From Candidatus Nanohaloarchaea archaeon (lineage in GTDB: Archaea > Nanohalarchaeota > Nanosalinia > Nanosalinales > Nanosalinaceae), in the NCBI GenBank assembly GCA_041640075.1, contig JBEQAY010000009.1:1-29481 (forward strand): a DNA stretch of 29,481 bases, read 5' to 3'. How positions within the stretch are numbered: position 1 is the stretch's first letter; each line of letters begins with the position of its first letter. Below the pieces are notes generated by a model that was given only the letters and a program-made list of their open reading frames with translations, was not told where the DNA came from and made no database searches. The position numbers and the translations under genes are program-made. This document shows, piece by piece, positions 25,917 to 29,481 of the stretch.

Positions 25917-25967
25917 ATGCCAGAGTTTATCGAGAAGATCAAGAAGAAGCTTTCCTCTATCTTCTAA
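25917..25967 (+). CDS. Putative 16-aa amphipathic peptide MPEFIEKIKKKLSSIF
   Basis: TATA-like TTTTAAA (~25873-25879), SD-like AGGTGTGA (25904-25911), ATG, genome-typical codons (GAG, AAG, ATC) and downstream T-tracts (~25994-26010). Confidence 0.5.
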   Translation: MPEFIEKIKKKLSSIF

Positions 25968-26037
25968 GAGGATACTCAGCAGTCAAAAACATGTTTTTCT
26001 CTATTTTTATTCACAGCCAGGCATCTAAAGTAAATCT

Positions 26038-26172
26038 TTAGAAGGTCTGTACACCACCGTTGCACGATTTACAGCCATTTTCAAGCTTGCATTCATTGCA
26101 GACTCGGGAGCCGCATACACCGCATGATGTTTCTGCTTCTCTTTTCTGACAGTTGTCGCATAGGTCGGCCAT
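26038..26172 (-). CDS. 44-aa zinc-finger microprotein with four CxxC motifs
   Basis: MADLCDNCQKREAETSCGVCGSRVCNECKLENGCKSCNGGVQTF. Below the ORF-track cutoff and divergent from fen. Confidence 0.85.
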   Translation of the reverse strand: MADLCDNCQKREAETSCGVCGSRVCNECKLENGCKSCNGGVQTF

Positions 26173-26209
26173 AGCAATTGTTTAAACTTCAACTCATAAA
26201 CGGTTTGTT

Positions 26210-27241
26210 ATGGGAGTTGACCTAGGTGACCTTGTTGAAGGTGAAAACGTCGATCTGGAGGAGTTAGGTGACAGGGATATCGCTGTCGACGCTATGAATG
26301 TTCTCTACCAGTTCCTCTCCATCATCAGGCAGCGAGACGGAACTCCATTAAAGGATTCAAGCGGCAATGTTACTTCTCATCTCTCAGGGCTTTTCTACAG
26401 GAATATTGGTTTGCTGGAGAACGATATACGGCCTGTGTATGTTTTTGATGGCAAGGCACCTGATTTAAAGGAGAAAGAATCTGCAAAGCGGAAAAAGAAG
26501 CGTGAGGAAGCCCGTGAGGAGTGGAAAAAATTGAAGGAAGAAGGGAAAATTTCCGAGGCATACTCAAAAGCCACTCAAAGCTCCAAGCTGACCGGCGACA
26601 TGGTAGAGGAATCCAAGGAGCTTCTGGAGGCGATGGGCATCCCCTGCGTCCAGGCTCCCAGCGAGGGAGAGGCTCAGGCAGCTCACATGACTACAGAAGA
26701 ATACACCGAGAAGGTATTCGCGGTCGGTAGCCAGGACTGGGACTGCCTGCTCTTCGGTGCCGAAAAGATGGTGAAAAATCTTACTCAGAGAAAGACCAGG
26801 AAAACCTCTGGAGGGGGCAAAAAAGAGATCTCTACTCAGGTTATCCGTCTGGAGGAAGTTCTTGAAAAACTTGATATTTCACATGAGAAACTTGTATGGA
26901 TGGGTATACTAGTAGGAACAGATTTCAACCCAAAGGGCGTACATGGGATAGGTCCTAAAACAGGCCTGAAGCTGGTGAAAGAATATGAAGACTTTGACAG
27001 CCTTCTTGAGGATGAAAAAGTTGAATGGGAGTCCGAAAACGATCCACACGTGATCAAGGAATTTTTCATGAACCCTCCTGTAGAAGATGAAGAATACTCC
27101 ACCGGAGAACTTGATAGAGAAAAAATAAAGGATATCTTGGTGGATAAACATGAATTTTCCGAGGATAGAGTGGATTCCGGGCTTGATGACCTGGAGAAGG
27201 CGCTTGAATCCCGTCAATCAGGATTAAACAGTTTTATGTGA
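26210..27241 (+). CDS. fen: Flap endonuclease 1
   Basis: MGV, AVDAMNVLYQFLSIIRQRDGTPL, TSHLSGLFYR, VFDG, QAPSEGEAQAA, SQDWDCLLFGA and GTDFN motifs, plus C-terminal PIP box QSGLNSF. Confidence 0.97.
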   Translation: MGVDLGDLVEGENVDLEELGDRDIAVDAMNVLYQFLSIIRQRDGTPLKDSSGNVTSHLSGLFYRNIGLLENDIRPVYVFDGKAPDLKEKESAKRKKKREEAREEWKKLKEEGKISEAYSKATQSSKLTGDMVEESKELLEAMGIPCVQAPSEGEAQAAHMTTEEYTEKVFAVGSQDWDCLLFGAEKMVKNLTQRKTRKTSGGGKKEISTQVIRLEEVLEKLDISHEKLVWMGILVGTDFNPKGVHGIGPKTGLKLVKEYEDFDSLLEDEKVEWESENDPHVIKEFFMNPPVEDEEYSTGELDREKIKDILVDKHEFSEDRVDSGLDDLEKALESRQSGLNSFM

Positions 27242-29024
27242 ACTCAGAAGTTTCCAGGTTTCTCTCATTATTGGAGCGGTACTCCTGAAGCAGTATCTGC
27301 ATCATTTCACCGAGCTCTGTGTAACCTTCTCTTATCTCCCGTATCTGTTGATCCTGAGACTCTATCTTGTTGACTATGGCCTCTAGATCCTCCTGAACAT
27401 CCTGTCCTGATTCCTGGAGCTCGCTTTCAACTCTTGACACTCTCTCCTCAAGTTTATTCACATCTTCTGCTGAGGAAGTTACATCGATTATCTTCGCAAG
27501 TCTGTCGTCAAGTGACTGGAAAAGCTGTTTGACCTCTTCCTGACCAACGTTCTGCGAGTTGAGATCCGTGAACTCCTCTTGAGAAAGAAGTTTCAGCTCG
27601 GAAAGATCATCAAAATCATTAAACAGCCACTTGAAGTCAGAAACAATGGATTTAACCTGGTCAAGCTCCTCTCTAATGTTTTTAACCTCTTCCTGACTTC
27701 CTCGCTGCTCAAGTTTATTTACCTTAGTTTCAAGGTTATCTAGTGATACTTCAAGCTCTTCTATCCTCTTCATGCTGAAATCCTCAGGGAGTGCATCTGT
27801 TTCCTCTTCCAACTCCTCTTCAAGACTTTCTACTCTTTCACGGAAGTCCTCCAGTTCTTCCTCAAAGTCCATATCCTGTACATCATCTCCGATCAAGGCG
27901 ACCTCATCCTGTAGTTCATCCAGTCTTTCCTCAAGATCCTCTTGATCTTCCTCCTGTTCTTCCAGATTATCTACACGTTCCCGAACCTGCTCAAGTTCTT
28001 CTACACTGTCCTTTACATCTTCAAGCTGGTCTACACGCTCCTGTAATTCTTCCAGTTTCTCCTCTAGTTCCTCAGAATCTTCAGACTCTATATCCTCTAT
28101 CTTTTTCTGAAGTTCTTCAGTTTCTTCTCTAAGTGAGTCCAGATCGTCTTCAAGGTTTTCAGTGCTCTGTTCAGCGATTCTGTCTTCAAGAGATTCTACT
28201 TCCTCCTTTAAATCAGAGTATTTTTCGTTATTTTCTTCCTTGACTTCTTTCAGGAGGTCTGACTTTTCTGCAACTCTATCCTTGACTTTTTCGACCTCCG
28301 TCTCAAGTTTATCGACTTTTTCAGTCTCTTCAAGTTCGTTTATCCGAGATTTAAAGTTCTCAAATCTTTCAGAGAAATCGTTTTCAATCCTGTTCAGTTC
28401 CTCGTCTAGGCCAGGATCCTCGGTATCGAGGTCTTCTATCTCATCTTCAAGCTCCTCTATCCTGTCAAACTCCTCTCTTAGATCATCAAGTTCGTCTTCG
28501 AGATCCCGTAGAGATTCAGGTTCTTCTTCTATATCCTCTTTTAACTCCTCTATATCGTAGGAAACGTCTTGCTCCGAAAACTCCTTGATCTCATTTTCAA
28601 GATCTTCGATTTTGCCTTCCAGCTCTTCAATTCTTTCAAGCTGTTCCTGGGAAGGTTCAACGGAGTCAGAAACCTTTGATTCTTCTGTTTCATCAATTTT
28701 TTCTTCAGAAACTATATCCTCTGGCTCAGAAGATCTTTCTTCAGATGATTCTGAGTCCTCGGAGTCATCTTCTGTGTCCCCGGAGAAAAGTGTTTCACCA
28801 GTATCTGATTCCTCTTCCTGTGCGTCCTGGTCTTCATCAGTTTCTTCTTCATCTTCAACTTCCTGGGTATTATCGTTGTCTTCCTGTGAGTCTTCTGATC
28901 CGAATAGTACGTCTTGCTGGCTTTCCGTCTGTTTATCTTCTTCGTCTTCATTTACTTCGTCGAGTGTTTCTTCTGTTTCCTCAGGTTCTTCCTCGTCGTC
29001 TCCAAATATTACGTCGCCAGCCAT
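27234..29024 (-). CDS. Extremely acidic long coiled-coil protein (596 aa)
   Basis: ~125-aa D/E/S disordered N-terminus followed by ~450 aa of heptads (LEExxEEL, RIEELE and RVxxLEE repeats). No Walker motif or TM segment seen. Confidence 0.85.
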   Translation of the reverse strand: MAGDVIFGDDEEEPEETEETLDEVNEDEEDKQTESQQDVLFGSEDSQEDNDNTQEVEDEEETDEDQDAQEEESDTGETLFSGDTEDDSEDSESSEERSSEPEDIVSEEKIDETEESKVSDSVEPSQEQLERIEELEGKIEDLENEIKEFSEQDVSYDIEELKEDIEEEPESLRDLEDELDDLREEFDRIEELEDEIEDLDTEDPGLDEELNRIENDFSERFENFKSRINELEETEKVDKLETEVEKVKDRVAEKSDLLKEVKEENNEKYSDLKEEVESLEDRIAEQSTENLEDDLDSLREETEELQKKIEDIESEDSEELEEKLEELQERVDQLEDVKDSVEELEQVRERVDNLEEQEEDQEDLEERLDELQDEVALIGDDVQDMDFEEELEDFRERVESLEEELEEETDALPEDFSMKRIEELEVSLDNLETKVNKLEQRGSQEEVKNIREELDQVKSIVSDFKWLFNDFDDLSELKLLSQEEFTDLNSQNVGQEEVKQLFQSLDDRLAKIIDVTSSAEDVNKLEERVSRVESELQESGQDVQEDLEAIVNKIESQDQQIREIREGYTELGEMMQILLQEYRSNNERNLETSEFT

Positions 29025-29144
29025 GGTTCTTCAGTTACACCTGAAATTTAAATCCGCTCAAAACGTTAAAAGCTTTTTTCACTCTGCAACGACAACACCT
29101 CCAATAGGGTTTGTGATAAAAACAACGAAACCGAACTTAAGACC

Positions 29145-29481
29145 ATGAAACCTGTACTCCTGGTAGTCATGGACGGCGTAGGCCTCCGGAAAGAGACAGA
29201 AGGGAACGCATTCAAACAAGCAGACACACCCAACATAGGCAAACTCATGGCCAGAAACGGGTTCGCCAAGCTAGAGGCATCCGGCCCCGCCGTAGGACTG
29301 CCCGAAGGATACACAGGCAACTCAGAGGTCGGTCATCTCCACCTAGGAGCAGGCCGAAAAATACCACAGAGACTCACAAGAATCAACCAGGCAATAGAAC
29401 AAGACGAACTAAGAGAAAAAGAGGCCCTAAAAGACGCGCTGGAGAGAGCAGAAAAAAACAATACTACAATGCATTTCGCCG
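29145..29481 (+). CDS. gpmI: 2,3-bisphosphoglycerate-independent phosphoglycerate mutase (5' part, truncated by the window)
   Basis: Translates as MKPVLLVVMDGVG...NAFKQADTP...LEASGPAVGLPEGYTGNSEVGHLHLGAGR. Confidence 0.93.
   Translation, partial: MKPVLLVVMDGVGLRKETEGNAFKQADTPNIGKLMARNGFAKLEASGPAVGLPEGYTGNSEVGHLHLGAGRKIPQRLTRINQAIEQDELREKEALKDALERAEKNNTTMHFA

Noticed and set aside
27791..29148. Ser-rich plus-strand ORFs
   Set aside because: Antisense shadows of the Glu/Asp-rich coiled-coil gene.
1..29481. CRISPR arrays, IS elements, reverse transcriptase/DGR, rRNA introns
   Set aside because: No regularly spaced repeats or transposase/RT motifs were seen, and the 23S length (~2950 nt) leaves no room for a sizeable intron.

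Overview
A compact archaeal chromosomal region with a strongly acidic (D/E-rich) proteome, short intergenic spacers and a 23S rRNA gene that has no 16S or 5S neighbour. Together these point to a halophilic DPANN archaeon, probably Nanohaloarchaeota (inference). RNA genes: five tRNAs (Ala-UGC and Arg-UCU with BHB-type introns at 37/38, plus Phe-GAA, Asn-GUU and Arg-GCG), a stand-alone 23S rRNA with its processing stem, and a ~520-nt RNase P RNA. Protein genes: Sec61beta; an arginine module (kinase-like ORF, ureohydrolase, ACT-domain regulator, argG-argH-argS); deoxyhypusine synthase; LMF1 and DCC1-like genes; the conserved aIF-1A/Rio1/KH/Top6B/Top6A cluster; NMD3, DUF192, UspA, aEF-1beta, FEN1, a long acidic coiled-coil protein and the start of gpmI. 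The most notable observations are: (1) the RNase P RNA fold does not match archaeal types A, M or T, with no P16/P17, extra helices at P5.1- and P9/10-like positions and a helix at the bacterial P18/P15.1 position; (2) eukaryote-like bases in the peptidyl-transferase centre and a GAAA sarcin-ricin loop; (3) a candidate arginine regulon with palindromic operators; (4) unannotated mini-ORFs, including a 16-aa amphipathic peptide with its own expression signals and a 14-codon relay ORF between top6B and top6A. All structures were folded by eye and no database search was possible.
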